The position numbers and the translations under genes were made by a program. This document shows positions 40,190 through 54,227 of a stretch of 64,000 nt of DNA, piece after piece. Location: the NCBI GenBank assembly GCA_963791345.1, contig CAWBRS010000002.1:22707-86706 (forward strand), written 5' to 3'. Below the pieces are notes generated by a model. The model did no database searches. It had not been told where the DNA came from and saw only the letters and a program-made list of their open reading frames with translations. This DNA comes from an uncultured Thermoleophilia bacterium (lineage in GTDB: Bacteria > Actinomycetota > Thermoleophilia > UBA2241). Each line of letters opens with the position of its first letter. Position 1 is the stretch's first letter.

Positions 40190-40528
40190 GTCCGCCCTCG
40201 CCCCTCTCGTCCGCCCTGCGCTCTCAGCTGCGCGGGTCTCGCGTTCGCCGGGCCGGTCTGCCCGGTCCCGATTCTACCGGCCGCGCTCACGACTCGTCGA
40301 AGGGCACTTCGCACTCCGCGGACTCGGGGCAGAGCTTCCCCGGGCTCGTCGAGGAGCCAGACGCAGCCCATGGCGACGACGCAGCTGAGCGGGCGGCGAC
40401 GCAGCGGAGCGCCAGGGTGAACCAGGCGAGCGAGGACGAGCCGGTGAGATCGACGAGGGCGCCGGATCCGGGCGGGCCCACGAAGACGCCGACGTTGACG
40501 GCCGCCGCCGCTGCGTCCGCGCCGTTCC

Positions 40529-40909
40529 TCACGCGCGGACGGCGATCGCCTCGATCTCGAAGAGGGCGTCCTTCGGCAGGCGCGCGACCTCGACCGTGGA
40601 GCGCGCCGGGAAGGGCTCGGCGAAGAACCCCGCGTAGACGGCGTTGACCTCGGCGAAGGTGCCCATGTCCTGGAGGAAGATGGTCGTCTTCACGACGGCG
40701 TCCATGCCGAGCCCGGCCGCGGCGAGCAGGGACCTCAGGTTCTCGAGCGCCTGGTGCGCCTGCTCGGCGGCCGTCGCCCCGACCATCGCGCCGTCGGCAT
40801 CGAGCGCCAGCTGCCCGGAGACGAAGACGAGGTCACCGGCGCCCACGGCCGGTGAGTAGGGACCGACGGCCGGGGCGCCGTCAGGTGCTGCGTGGATCGA
40901 ACGGTCCAT
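40529..40909 (-). CDS. ridA: RidA/YjgF-family reactive-intermediate deaminase
   Basis: GPYSPAV, VSGQL, VVKTTIFL, FPARSTVEVARLP, EIEAIA. Confidence 0.92.
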   Translation of the reverse strand: MDRSIHAAPDGAPAVGPYSPAVGAGDLVFVSGQLALDADGAMVGATAAEQAHQALENLRSLLAAAGLGMDAVVKTTIFLQDMGTFAEVNAVYAGFFAEPFPARSTVEVARLPKDALFEIEAIAVRA

Positions 40910-40977
40910 GGGGCCTCCTTGGGTCAGGCAAGGTCGCGCAGCGGGTCGACGGCGCGGCTCGCCGTTGCGCAGCCCGC

Positions 40978-41427
40978 CTACACGTCGAGGATCTTCGCCG
41001 CCAGGATCGCGGCGTTGCGGGCACCGTTGATGGCCACGCAGGCGACCGGGACGCCGGGCGGCATCTGCACGATGCTGAGCAGCGAGTCGAGGCCGCCGAG
41101 GTCGCTGGTCTTGATGGGCACGCCGATCACCGGCAGGTTGGTATAGGCGGCCAGCACGCCGGGCAGGGCCGCCGCCTTCCCGGCCCCGCCGATGAGGACC
41201 TTGAGACCGCGCGCCTGGGCCGCCTTCGCATACTCGGCGACCTTGTCCGGCGTGCGGTGCGCGCTCAGCACGCTGACTTCGTAGGCGATGTGGCGCTCGT
41301 CGAGCTCCTTCGCCGCGGCGTCCATCACCTCGCGGTCGCTCTCGCTCCCCATGACGATGCCGACCAGCACGGGGTCCATCCGGATGCCCTGCAGAAGGGC
41401 CTCGACCTCGGTGCTCGTCCTCTCCAC
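40978..41427 (-). CDS. purE: N5-CAIR mutase (start may be ATG 41379)
   Basis: [34 protein letters not shown]. Confidence 0.95.
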   Translation of the reverse strand: MERTSTEVEALLQGIRMDPVLVGIVMGSESDREVMDAAAKELDERHIAYEVSVLSAHRTPDKVAEYAKAAQARGLKVLIGGAGKAAALPGVLAAYTNLPVIGVPIKTSDLGGLDSLLSIVQMPPGVPVACVAINGARNAAILAAKILDV

Positions 41428-41495
41428 TTCAGACTCCTCTCATCGACCGGCACGCACTGACGTGCGGCCGGCGCGGACGACGACGGGCGGGGGGC

Positions 41496-42836
41496 TCAGG
41501 GCCTCCACCCCCCGGGGAACAGGCTGAGCTCGCCCGACTGGGCGCGCACGGCGCGCTCGGCGATGTCGGGCCGTGTCTGGGCGCCGTCGAAACAGATCGC
41601 GCCGAGGCCCTCATAGGCCCGTTCGCGGGCGGCAGCGAAGCCGTCGCCGAGCGCGCTCACGGCGAGGACGCGGCCGCCGGCCGTGACCACGGCCGGCGGC
41701 CGCGTCCCTTCGGCATCGCCGGCGGCCGCGGCGGTGCCGGCGTGGTAGACCGTCACGCCGGGAAGGGCAGCCGCCGCGTCGAGACCTTCGATCACGTCAC
41801 CTTTGTGGCTGCTCGCCGGGTACCCGGCCGAGGCCATGACGACGGTGACGCAGTCCTCGGGCGTCCACGCCGGCGTCACGCCGGCGAGCTCGCCCGAGGC
41901 CGCGGCGAGGCAGAGCTCGAGCAGGTCGCTCTCGAGGCGCGGCAGCACGGCCTGCGTCTCGGGGTCGCCGAAGCGGCAGTTGAACTCGAGCACCTCGAGG
42001 CCACCGGCGGTGACCATGAGGCCGGCGTAGAGCACGCCGCGGTAGGTGATGCCGCGGCGCTTCAGGGCGGCGAGCACGGGCTCGACGACGGTGTCCATGG
42101 CGGCGTCGACGGCCGCCGGGCCGAACCCCGGCACGGGGCAGTAGCTGCCCATGCCGCCGGTGTTCGGGCCCTGGTCGCCGGCGAAGATGCGCTTGTAGTC
42201 CTGGGCGGGGGCGAGCGGCACGGCGGTCTCGCCGTCGCAGAGCACGAGCAGCGACACCTCGCTGCCCGTGAGGTGCTCCTCGATGAGGACGACGTCGCCG
42301 GCGGCGCCGAACGAACGCGCGACGAGCATGTCGTGGACGGCGGCGCGCGCCTCGGCCTCGTCGGCGGCGATGATCACGCCCTTGCCGGCGGCGAGGCCGT
42401 CGGCCTTGACCACGACCGGGTACGCGGCTTGGGCGGCGAGCGCTGCGAGCGCCGACTCGGCGCTCGTGTGCCGGCTGAATGCGCCGGTCGGCGCCCCGGC
42501 CTCGTCCATGACCTCCTTGGCGAAGACCTTGCTGCCCTCCATGCGCGCCGCCCGGGCGTCGGGGCCGAACACGAGCAGGTCGCGCTCGCGGAAGAGATCG
42601 GCAAGGCCGTCGACCAGAGGCATCTCGGGACCTACGACGGTGAGGTCGGGGCGCTCGCGCACGGCGAAGCCGAGCAAGCCCTCGAGATCTTCGGCGCCGA
42701 CCGGCACGCAGTCGGCCTCGGCGGCGATGCCGGCGTTGCCCGGTGCGCAGAAGACCTGTGGGCTCAGCGACGAACGGGAGAAGGAGTGGACGAGGGCGTG
42801 CTCCCTGCCCCCGCCGCCGACCACGAGCACCCGCAT
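41496..42836 (-). CDS. purD: Phosphoribosylamine-glycine ligase
   Basis: GGGGREHAL, KADGLAAGKGV, GPNTGGMG, EFNCRFGDPETQ. Confidence 0.95.
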   Translation of the reverse strand: MRVLVVGGGGREHALVHSFSRSSLSPQVFCAPGNAGIAAEADCVPVGAEDLEGLLGFAVRERPDLTVVGPEMPLVDGLADLFRERDLLVFGPDARAARMEGSKVFAKEVMDEAGAPTGAFSRHTSAESALAALAAQAAYPVVVKADGLAAGKGVIIAADEAEARAAVHDMLVARSFGAAGDVVLIEEHLTGSEVSLLVLCDGETAVPLAPAQDYKRIFAGDQGPNTGGMGSYCPVPGFGPAAVDAAMDTVVEPVLAALKRRGITYRGVLYAGLMVTAGGLEVLEFNCRFGDPETQAVLPRLESDLLELCLAAASGELAGVTPAWTPEDCVTVVMASAGYPASSHKGDVIEGLDAAAALPGVTVYHAGTAAAAGDAEGTRPPAVVTAGGRVLAVSALGDGFAAARERAYEGLGAICFDGAQTRPDIAERAVRAQSGELSLFPGGWRP

Positions 42837-42997
42837 GCGCCCTCCTCCTTCTGCCGGGGCCGCGCGCGCTCGTCACGGTGCGCACGGAGCGACTCGGCGG
42901 CCGGCCGGGAAGTGCCGCCTGGCCGGCCGCCACGGTCTCAGAGTCTATCCGCGGGCCGGCGGCCGGACAATGGCGCGTGTCATCGGTCGCTCTCGTC

Positions 42998-44219
42998 TCA
43001 GCGGCGGCCTGTCATGAGGGCGTAGGCGGGGCGCGCCCAGCGGCGCAGGGCCCAGGCTGCGCCGAGGCACACGGCGATCGTCACGATCGGCGCCGTGAAG
43101 TAGACGAAGAGCACGCTCGCGTCGCCGGCCGACGGACCCGCGGCCCAGCGCATCAGCACCCGCTTGACGATCATCAGCGTCGGTTCGTGGGCGGCGTAGA
43201 CGAAGAACGAGAATCCCGCCGCCCACAGCACCGCCGGCCGGCGCGCCAGCGGGGCCAGGTAGGCGTCGTAGCCGAACCAGAGGGCGGCAACGGCGAGGCA
43301 CATGAGGGCCTTGTGCAGGGCGCCGCCCCACCAGGCGGTCTCGCCGCGCAGCAGCCACGTGAAGAGGAGTGAAGCGACGACGAACGACGGCAGCAGGATG
43401 CGGCCCAAGGCCCGTGAGCGCTCGGCGCCCCGGGGGCCGCTCAGCGGCACCCGGCGGCCGTCGCGCGACCTCACGGCGATGAGCGCTCCGAGGGTGAAGA
43501 AGAGCAACGCCTTGAGGTTGACGTAGTTGGAGCCGCCGACGCTGACGTCGAGCGCCCACAGGGCGGCGAACGGCAGAAGTGCCATGGCCTTCAGGTAACG
43601 CACCATGACCCAGAGCAGCGGCGAGACGAGCACGCAGAAGAGCAGCGCCTGGAGGAACCAGAGCGGGTAGGCGACGGGGCGCACCAGGAGCATCTCGAGC
43701 ACCGCGGCCGGCGTGAGCCGCTCGATCGCGCCGCTCGACACGTAGCTCGAAGCGAGCGGGAGCGCGTGGAGGGCGACGTAGACGACGACGCCCCACGCGC
43801 TCCAGAGGAGAAAGGGGACGGCCAGCGTGCGCGCCCGGCGCCGGTACTTGGCCGAGAACCCCTCCGCAGTCGGCGTCAAGGTGCGAAAGAAGAGAAAGCC
43901 CGAGATGGCGAACAGAAGGGCCGCGGGCCACCGCGCCAGCGCCTGTGACGACGAGATACTCCACGAAGCCCGCCACCCCGGGGGCGCCTGCCATGTCCGG
44001 TGCGTTCTCGCCCGGTCGCGTTCGGCTCCCCAGGTTGTAGGCGTGCACCCAGACGACCGCGACGATGGCGATCCAGGTCAGCAGCGTCAACTTGGCGCTG
44101 AGGTACGGGGAGACCGGGGGGCAGTCGTGCGACGCCGCCCCGCGGGAGGCTCGGTCGGCCGTGCCCGGTGCCTGAACGGGCGCGGCCGGCCTGCCGCCGA
44201 GGGCAGAGTCGCCGGTCAT
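42998..44219 (-). CDS. Acyltransferase-3 family membrane O-acyltransferase; frameshifted
   Basis: VVWVHAY, FAISGFLFF, RRARTLAVPFLLW, YPLWFL, SFFVYAAH. Confidence 0.8.
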
Positions 44220-44392
44220 CAGGGGCAGACGTGGGTCGGGAGGGCGGTAGCGAGCATGGCGGCACACTAGCGCAAGGCTCACGCGCAGTCAGCCGGCGGA
44301 GTCACCGGCCGCAGGACTTGCCGCCGCGGCGTGGAACCACGGCCCCAGTGTCTCAGGGCCGCCTGAGCGTCCGCATCTTGAGGAGGGGGAGC

Positions 44393-45751
44393 ATGAGGAA
44401 GCACGGGCCGATCCGGCGACGTGCGGTATCGGGACTCGTCGCGGTAGCACTGGTAGCCATCGCGGTGCTCGTCGTGGCGCCGACGGTCTTGGCCAACGGC
44501 GGCGTCGCGCCACTGTGGAGCGACGTGTGGAACGCGAGGATACCCGGTGTCGTCAGCAACGTGCACGTGGCGAAGACGCCGACCGGTGAGATCTACGCGG
44601 CCTGCTCGCTCCTCCGGCCGACGACTGGCAAGTACGACGTGATCGTCACCCGGTACCTGGCGGACGGCACCCGTGTGTGGGCCAAGTCCTGGAGCCAGGG
44701 TACGGCGTACGACGACATGGTGGAAGGCATCGCCAGCGACCCCGACGGCCGCCTGATCGTCTGCGGCTGGACCACCAGCGGCAAGGCAGGCCCTCCCGAC
44801 TGGTTCATCCTCAAATTCGGGAGGATCGGCAATCTCCTGTGGTCGAGGACCGTCGGTGGGGCCGTGGGCCTCGACGACCGCGCCCTCGATGTGGCCGTCA
44901 ACAGCCGCGCGCGCATCTTCGTCGGCGGCTACATCACGGCCAAGGCCGGCGACACGGATTGGCGGCTCATGAAGCTGACGCCGGCGGGCGACACCGCCTG
45001 GTCGCGTGCCTACAGTGGCGCCGCGGGTCTCGACGATGCGCCGGCGGCGATCGCGCTCGACGTCGATCGCAACATCTACCTGACCGGGATGGAGGGCACC
45101 GACACCGACGTGCGCAGCGACGCCGTCACCGTGAAGTGGGACCGCCTGGGAGTGCAGCAGTGGGCCACCGCCTACAGCGACGGGGACGAGGAGTCCGGCG
45201 TCGACGTCGCCGTCCGCAGGAGCGGCGTCGCCGTGGCCGTCAGGACCGTCGACGAGGCCGGGGTCTCCACACACGGCCTCACGGCGATGTACACGCGCGA
45301 GGGCGGCATCGTCTGGACCGGGCCGTTCGTCGATCGCGACACGGAGAGCGACGAGTGCTGCTGCGCCGGCCTCGACACGCTGGGCCGCGCCGTCTTCGGG
45401 GGGCACGAGGTCGCGCCGACGACGTTCGACGCCGCCGCGCGCCTCACCCAGCGCGGCGCCGGCGGCGTGTCCGAGTGGTACGTCAGTCATTTCGGCGGCG
45501 GGCTCGCCGGCGACCAGTTCAACGACCTCTACGTCGCCATGGACGGCACGGTCTGGGCGACCGGGGCGGTCGACGGACACGGCGTGACGTGGTCGTTCGA
45601 CGCCGCCGGCGTCGCCCGCTGGTACGGCTGGAACGGCGTGTACGACGCGGTGATCGTCGACAGCGGCGACGCGCTGACCGTCACCTCGACGGCGGTCTAC
45701 GTCGCCGGGCGCAGCGGCGACAGCCTGGCGGTCATGAAGTACGTGCGCTGA
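44393..45751 (+). CDS. Secreted beta-propeller repeat protein (paralog 1 of 3)
   Basis: Signal peptide; repeated IALD..xNIYxTG / K(Y/L)xxxG..xW blades; ends VMKYVR. Confidence 0.7.
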   Translation: MRKHGPIRRRAVSGLVAVALVAIAVLVVAPTVLANGGVAPLWSDVWNARIPGVVSNVHVAKTPTGEIYAACSLLRPTTGKYDVIVTRYLADGTRVWAKSWSQGTAYDDMVEGIASDPDGRLIVCGWTTSGKAGPPDWFILKFGRIGNLLWSRTVGGAVGLDDRALDVAVNSRARIFVGGYITAKAGDTDWRLMKLTPAGDTAWSRAYSGAAGLDDAPAAIALDVDRNIYLTGMEGTDTDVRSDAVTVKWDRLGVQQWATAYSDGDEESGVDVAVRRSGVAVAVRTVDEAGVSTHGLTAMYTREGGIVWTGPFVDRDTESDECCCAGLDTLGRAVFGGHEVAPTTFDAAARLTQRGAGGVSEWYVSHFGGGLAGDQFNDLYVAMDGTVWATGAVDGHGVTWSFDAAGVARWYGWNGVYDAVIVDSGDALTVTSTAVYVAGRSGDSLAVMKYVR

Positions 45752-46033
45752 AGCGCGCCGGCGCGCCCCGCGGGGCGCGCCGGCGAGAGGGCCCGCGCGC
45801 CCGCCGTACGCTCGGCGCGCGGGCCCTTCGTCGTCCCGACGCGCCGCCGGCGGCTTCCGAGCAGGCTCAGCGGCGCCTTCCCCAAGAGCTCCCTCGGCGT
45901 CGATCTCGCCGGCGGGCCGTGCCGTATCCGGGTCGGCCGCGGCTGGGTGACGGAGGACGACGATACGGGGGCACCGCTGCCCGTTGTCACCCGAGGCGAC
46001 GGAAATCGGTGCGCGAGCCGTTTCGTGGCGTAC

Positions 46034-46061
46034 TTGAATATTCATCGCCCGGGCTTATACT
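46034..46061 (+). promoter_or_regulatory. Putative sigma-70 promoter
   Basis: TTGAAT-N16-TATACT; TGAATATTCA palindrome. Confidence 0.45.
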
Positions 46062-46116
46062 GAGCGCGAGCACGAACATTACAAGTGGAGCACGAGGGTA
46101 CCAACAAGGGGGGACC

Positions 46117-47469
46117 ATGGGAGTCTGCAGCACTCCGGCGAGAGTGACGACTAGGGGCGTTCTCGTCCTGATTCTGGTGGCGGTCGTCACCGTTACTGCT
46201 GGCGCCGGCGGCCTTCGCGGCCGACCCGGTCGATCCGCTCTGGACCGTAGTCTGGAGCGCGAAGTCACCCGGTGAGGTGACGAACGCGCAGGTGGCGCGG
46301 TCGGCGGCGTCCGACGTCTTCACCGCCTGCTCGGTGTTTCGCCCGTCGTACTCGACCTACGACGTGATCGTGGCGAAGTACCAGCCGGACGGCACGCGCG
46401 CGTGGATCCGCTCGTGGAGCCGGGGCACCGACATCAACGAGATGGTCGCGGGCGTCGCGACCGACCCCGACGGCAACCTCATCGTCGTCGGCTGGTTCGA
46501 CAAGGGCGGCCAGGACGACTGGTTCGTGCTCAAGTACGACCCCGAGGGCTGCCTCTGCTGGGTCAAGACGACGAGCGGCAGCGCCGGCGCCGACGACCGC
46601 GCCGTCGACGTGGCCGTCAACAAGTACGGGCGCATCTTCGTCACCGGGTTCATCACGCAGCTCACGGGCGGCAAGAACTGGCGCACGGTGAAGTACACGC
46701 CCGCACGGCGACCTCGCCTGGGGGCGCACGTACACGGGCACCGACCAGCTCGACGACGAACCGACGGCGATGGCCATCGACGCGGCGCGCAACATCTACG
46801 TGACCGGCTTCGAGGGCAGCGACCAGAACAACCACCTGAACAACGACGCCGTCACCCTCAAGTACGCCCCGGACGGCACCACCGAGTGGGTCATGCCGTT
46901 CAACATGCAGTACGAGGAGACCGCCGCTCGACATCGCCGTCCGCAAGGCCGGCGTGGTCGTCGCGGTCAAGGCCGTCGGCGAGGATCCCGACGTACACGT
47001 CCGCCTACGCGCTGAGGTACTCGCGCGACGGCGAGCTGCTCATGGCGGCCGCGCTCGACTACGGCAGCACTGTCACCGACGAGTACCTGTGCGCCGGCAT
47101 CGACGGTCTCGGCGCCAGCGTCTTCGGCGGCTTCCAGGTGCACGACGACGACTCGAACGCGCTGCTCACGCAGTACGACGCCGACGGCGTGTCGCAGTGG
47201 GGCGTTCGACCTGACCGGACCGGGCAACGTCCTCGGCGACCAGTTCAACGAGTGTTCGTCGGCCTCGGGCGGCACGTGTGGGCCACCGGGTGCGTCGCGG
47301 CGCGGCCGTGACGTGGTCCCTCGACGCCGCCGGCGTCGAGCGCTGGAACGCCGTCTACGACATCGCCCACCGAGGTCGACAGCGGCGAGGACCTCGCCGT
47401 GGGGCGAAGTCGACGTACGTCGTCGCCACAGCGACACCAGCCGTGGTGCTCATGCGCTATCCGCGATAA
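46117..47469 (+). CDS. Secreted beta-propeller repeat protein (paralog 2 of 3), frameshifted
   Basis: Collinear with paralog 1; ends LMRYPR. Confidence 0.65.
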
Positions 47470-47799
47470 GGCGGCTGGGGGGCGACCCCGGGGGTCGTCG
47501 GCGCCCCGAAGGCCGGTCGTGTGAAGGCCGGGCGAGGCCCGGGCGCCGAGGCGCCCGGGCCTCGCGGCCGTCCGGTCCTCGCTTGCCACGGGCCCCTGCG
47601 TCGAGCTCGCCTCCCGCGGGCTCGGCGCCCGGGTCCCGTGAGGCGCGGCGCCGAGCACCGTTCCCGGTTCGTGCGTGAGCGGTGTAGAATGGTTTTGATG
47701 TTCACCGTACTCGCTCGCTCGCGGGTGCGGCGAGGGTGTGAGGCGCGCGCCGTCGGAGCCCCCGACGTCGGCAGGGCGCCGCGTCCGAAGGGGGAGACC

Positions 47800-49168
47800 A
47801 TGGGCCAGGATCGATCGACCGCGAGGGCGGCCGCCCTCGCGCTGCTCGTCGCACTCGCGGCGCTTCTCATGACGCTGCTGCTCGCGCCCGCGGCCGGCGC
47901 GACGACGCCTCCGGGGACGCTTCTCTGGCGCGGTATCTGGAACGCCGACCCCCCCGGGGTGGTGGCCAACGTCCACGTCACCACGGCGCCGACGGGCGAC
48001 ATCTACGTGGCCTGCTCGATCCTGCGTCTCACCCCCGACAAGTACGACGTCGTCGTCGCGCGGTACCGCCCGGACGGCACGCGCGCGTGGGTCCGCTCGT
48101 GGAGCCGGGGGGTCGAGGTCGACGAGTGGGTCGAGGGCGTCGCCGCCGACGCCGACGGTGACCTCGTGGTCTGCGGCTGGTTCGCCGGGGGGCGGGCGGG
48201 TACGCCCGACTGGTTCGTCGTGAAGCTCGACCGCGGCGGCGACCGCCTCTGGGCCAAGACCGTGGCCGGGCTCGCCGGCGGTGACGACCGTGCGCTCGAC
48301 GTGGTCGTCAACGGTGCCGGGCGTATCTACGTCACCGGCTCCGTGGCGAAGAGCGCCGGCGGCAAGGACTGGCGCACGACGAAGCTCGCGCCCAACGGCA
48401 CCACGCTGTGGGCGCGCACCTACGCCGGCCCGGAGGGTCTCGACGACCTGCCGTCGGCGGCGGCCCTCGACGCCGACGGCAACGTGTACGTCACCGGCTT
48501 CGAAGGCACGGTCCTGCAGACGCGGCGCAACGTCGTGACCCTGTCGTACGCGGCGACCGGCACGCGCCGCTGGGCACGCGTCCTCGATGCGGGCCGCGAG
48601 GAGTGGGGCGCCGATGTCGCCGTGCGCCGCAGCGGCGTCGCCGTGGCCGGCCGCACGATCGACGCGGCCGGCGTCGACCGCGACTCGCTGGCGCTGCGCT
48701 ACACGACCTCCGGCGACCTCGTGAGGTGGACCGTCTTCAACGGCCCTGTGGCCGGCGACGACCACTTCGCCGGCGCCGGCATCGACGGCAGCCGGGCGCA
48801 GCGTGTTCGGCGGGTTCATGACGAACGACCTCGTGAACCAGCGCGACGCGGAGCTGCAGTGGCTCGAGGCCGACGGCGACACCGGGCTGCACTGGGGCTG
48901 GGTCGGCGACGCCGCCGGTGACGACCAGGTGACGGACATCCACGTGTCCTACGACGGCACCCTCTGGGCCACGGGCTGGGTCGACACGATGCTGACCGGG
49001 CGCGACGTCATGACCTGCTCGCTCGGCTGGAACGCCGGGTACCGCTGGGACGACCGCTGGGCCACGACGGCCAAGGACGTCGGCGACGACCTCGTCGTCA
49101 CCTCGTCGGCCGTCTACGTCGCCGGGCGTCGCGGCAACGACCTGCTGCTCCTGAAGTACGTGCGGTAG
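47800..49168 (+). CDS. Secreted beta-propeller repeat protein (paralog 3 of 3), frameshifted
   Basis: Collinear with paralog 1; ends LLKYVR. Confidence 0.7.
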
Positions 49169-49243
49169 ACGGGGGCGCGAGCGGCCCGCACCGCCGCCCC
49201 TCGCACCGCACGGGCCTCGCGCCGGCCGTCGCCCGGCTTCGCC

Positions 49244-52082
<2,839 letters not shown>

Positions 52083-52411
52083 GCGCGTACCGTCCGCTGA
52101 CGAGGGCGAGGGGGAGGTCCGAAAGGGAAGACGTTCCCTTCACGGGATGATAGCCGCCCGGCGGCCGCGGCTCAACGCCGGCGTCTCGGCCGACGCCGCC
52201 GGCGGCGCGGCGACGGCCGCGATACGGGGCCAACGGTAGAGAATCATCGCTGTGGGGTATGGAGCGGAGCGACCGCGAGATGCGGGCAAGAGAGACCCCC
52301 CTGGCCGGCAGAAGTGCCTGCCATCGAGCCGGGTGGCGCCCCGAGCGCCACCCGGCTCGCCCTTCTTGTAGGCTTCGGCGCCCGACCCGCGAGTGAACGA
52401 GGAGGCGTGCG

Positions 52412-52704
52412 GTGGGCGACCCCGTGGCAGCCCCCGACCCCAGGGCACGAACGGTATGCCAGGGCATCCTCGGCCGGCGCAGCGTGCGCCGCTTCGAGCG
52501 CCGGCCCGTCGACGACGCGCTCGTCAGGCCGTCGTTTGGCTCGGCGTCTACCCGCTCGAGGAGCGTGTCGCGGCGATGCGCGACGAGCTCGGCGTCCCGG
52601 TGGGTACCGCCCCGTTCGCAATGGTGGCCCTCGGCCACCCAGCCGTACGCAAGGAGCTGGGGGCGCGCTACGAGCCGGGGTGCGTGCACCGCGAGCGCTG
52701 GTGA
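52412..52704 (+). pseudogene. Nitroreductase remnant with internal deletion
   Basis: N-terminal RRSVRRF..PV joined out of frame to C-terminal WLGVYP...ALGHP...RY...VHRERW; middle missing. Confidence 0.6.
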
Positions 52705-52855
52705 GGCGGCTCCCGTGTGTCCGTCGCCGCGGCGCGGGGCAACCGTTTGCCCCATCTGCACGGTGGGAATGACGAGCGACGAACCCGTCCCGACGCCGTC
52801 GGCGCTGATCGCGCGCGGGCGGCGGTGGGCCCAGCCGAACAGGAAGGGGTGAGCC

Positions 52856-53176
52856 GTGGCGGGATCCTCCTGGACCGCGACCGTCGACGAGGCCAAGGTG
52901 CGCGAGGGGTCGCCGGTCCCCGTGTACCCGAAGGGCGTCGGAGTCTTGCTGGTCCGGCTCGACGGTGAGCTCCACGCGATCCGTAACAGGTGCGCCCACA
53001 TGGCCTGCCCCCTCGAGGGGGGCTTGCTCGAGGGGCCGATCCTCACCTGTCCCTGCCACGACTGGCGCTTCGACGTGCGCAGCGGCGAGTTCCTCGACGC
53101 ACCCGAGCTCATGGTCCCCGTGTACGCGACCCGGGTCGAGGACGGCAAGGTGCTCGTCGACCTGACGGAGGGATGA
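52856..53176 (+). CDS. Rieske 2Fe-2S ferredoxin
   Basis: CAHMACPL and CPCHDWRFD. Confidence 0.9.
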   Translation: MAGSSWTATVDEAKVREGSPVPVYPKGVGVLLVRLDGELHAIRNRCAHMACPLEGGLLEGPILTCPCHDWRFDVRSGEFLDAPELMVPVYATRVEDGKVLVDLTEG

Positions 53177-53178
53177 CG

Positions 53179-53439
53179 ATGGCCGCCGACGTCTTCGTCT
53201 ATGCCCTCAGCACCTGCCCCTGGTGTCGCAAGGCCAAGCGCTGGTTCGCCGACAACCAGGTGCCGTTCGACTACGTCGACGTCGACCAGCTGAAGGGCGC
53301 CGAGCAGGACGCGGCCGCCGAGAAGGCCTACGAGCTCAGCGGCGCCCGGCGTTACCCGGTGGTCGTCATCAACGGCGAGGTCGTGGCGGGGTACAACCCC
53401 GACCGCTATCTCGAGCTGCTCAAGTCGGGGGGGTGGTGA
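53179..53439 (+). CDS. Glutaredoxin-like protein (NrdH-like)
   Basis: YALSTCPWC, YPVVVING. Confidence 0.9.
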   Translation: MAADVFVYALSTCPWCRKAKRWFADNQVPFDYVDVDQLKGAEQDAAAEKAYELSGARRYPVVVINGEVVAGYNPDRYLELLKSGGW

Positions 53440-53442
53440 ACG

Positions 53443-53769
53443 ATGGCCGAAGCGACCCGCAAGGACGCCCTGCGGTACCTCTACGAGAAGGTCGTCGACC
53501 CGCTGGGCTACAAGTTCACGCCCGACGAGGAGCTCGCCGACTTCCTCCTCGAGCAGGAGGTCAAGCTCGAGCAGGACCACGGCGCGCCGTACTGCCCCTG
53601 CCAGGGGCGCAGCGGCGTGCGCGCCGAGGACATGCAGATCGTCTGCCCCTGCATCCCGTTCCACCGCGAGCACTTCGACACGATGAAGCGCTGCTGGTGC
53701 GGGCTCTTCGTCCACAAGGACGTGACCGACCCCGACAGCCTGCCCCAGCTCCCGCCGGACGAGCTCTGA
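53443..53769 (+). CDS. Ferredoxin-thioredoxin reductase catalytic-subunit-like protein
   Basis: YCPC...CPC...CWCGLF. Confidence 0.88.
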   Translation: MAEATRKDALRYLYEKVVDPLGYKFTPDEELADFLLEQEVKLEQDHGAPYCPCQGRSGVRAEDMQIVCPCIPFHREHFDTMKRCWCGLFVHKDVTDPDSLPQLPPDEL

Positions 53770-53781
53770 GAGGAGGACGCG

Positions 53782-54174
53782 ATGTGGCATGAGGTCGCGC
53801 GGCTCGACGACGTCGCCCCGGGCGGGATCAAGTACGTGCGCGTGGGTGAAGAGGAGATCGCCCTCTGCAACCACGACGGCGACATCTACGCCGTCAGCCG
53901 CCGCTGCGGGCACCAGAACGCTCCGCTCGACCAGGGGGCGCTCGACGGGTGGATCATCACCTGCCCGCTGCACGACGCCCAGTTCGACATCCGCACCGGC
54001 AAGAACCTGAGCTGGCCCCTCGACCGCGACTACGGCGACGAGCCGGTCCCCGAGCCCATCCGGCGCTTCTTCAACCTCGAGAAGCGCCTGCAGTGGAAGA
54101 CGCGCGTCCACGACCTCGAGACCTGGCCCGTCCGTGTCACGGACGGAGCCATCGAGGTCGAGGTCGCGGACTGA
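53782..54174 (+). CDS. Rieske 2Fe-2S ferredoxin with insertion
   Basis: CGHQNAPL and CPLHDAQFD. Confidence 0.88.
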   Translation: MWHEVARLDDVAPGGIKYVRVGEEEIALCNHDGDIYAVSRRCGHQNAPLDQGALDGWIITCPLHDAQFDIRTGKNLSWPLDRDYGDEPVPEPIRRFFNLEKRLQWKTRVHDLETWPVRVTDGAIEVEVAD

Positions 54175-54227
54175 GCCCGGCGCGCGCGGCGCGTCCGGCG
54201 ACGACACGAGGACACAAGGAGGACCAG

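Noticed and set aside
40287-40532. Short ORF resembling the end of an MFS transporter
   Set aside because: Only a brief GPPxxGALVDLTGS-like stretch; too weak to call.
52140-52410. Possible riboswitch in the intergenic region near purine genes
   Set aside because: No recognisable purine or ZTP riboswitch consensus by eye; an Rfam scan would be needed.
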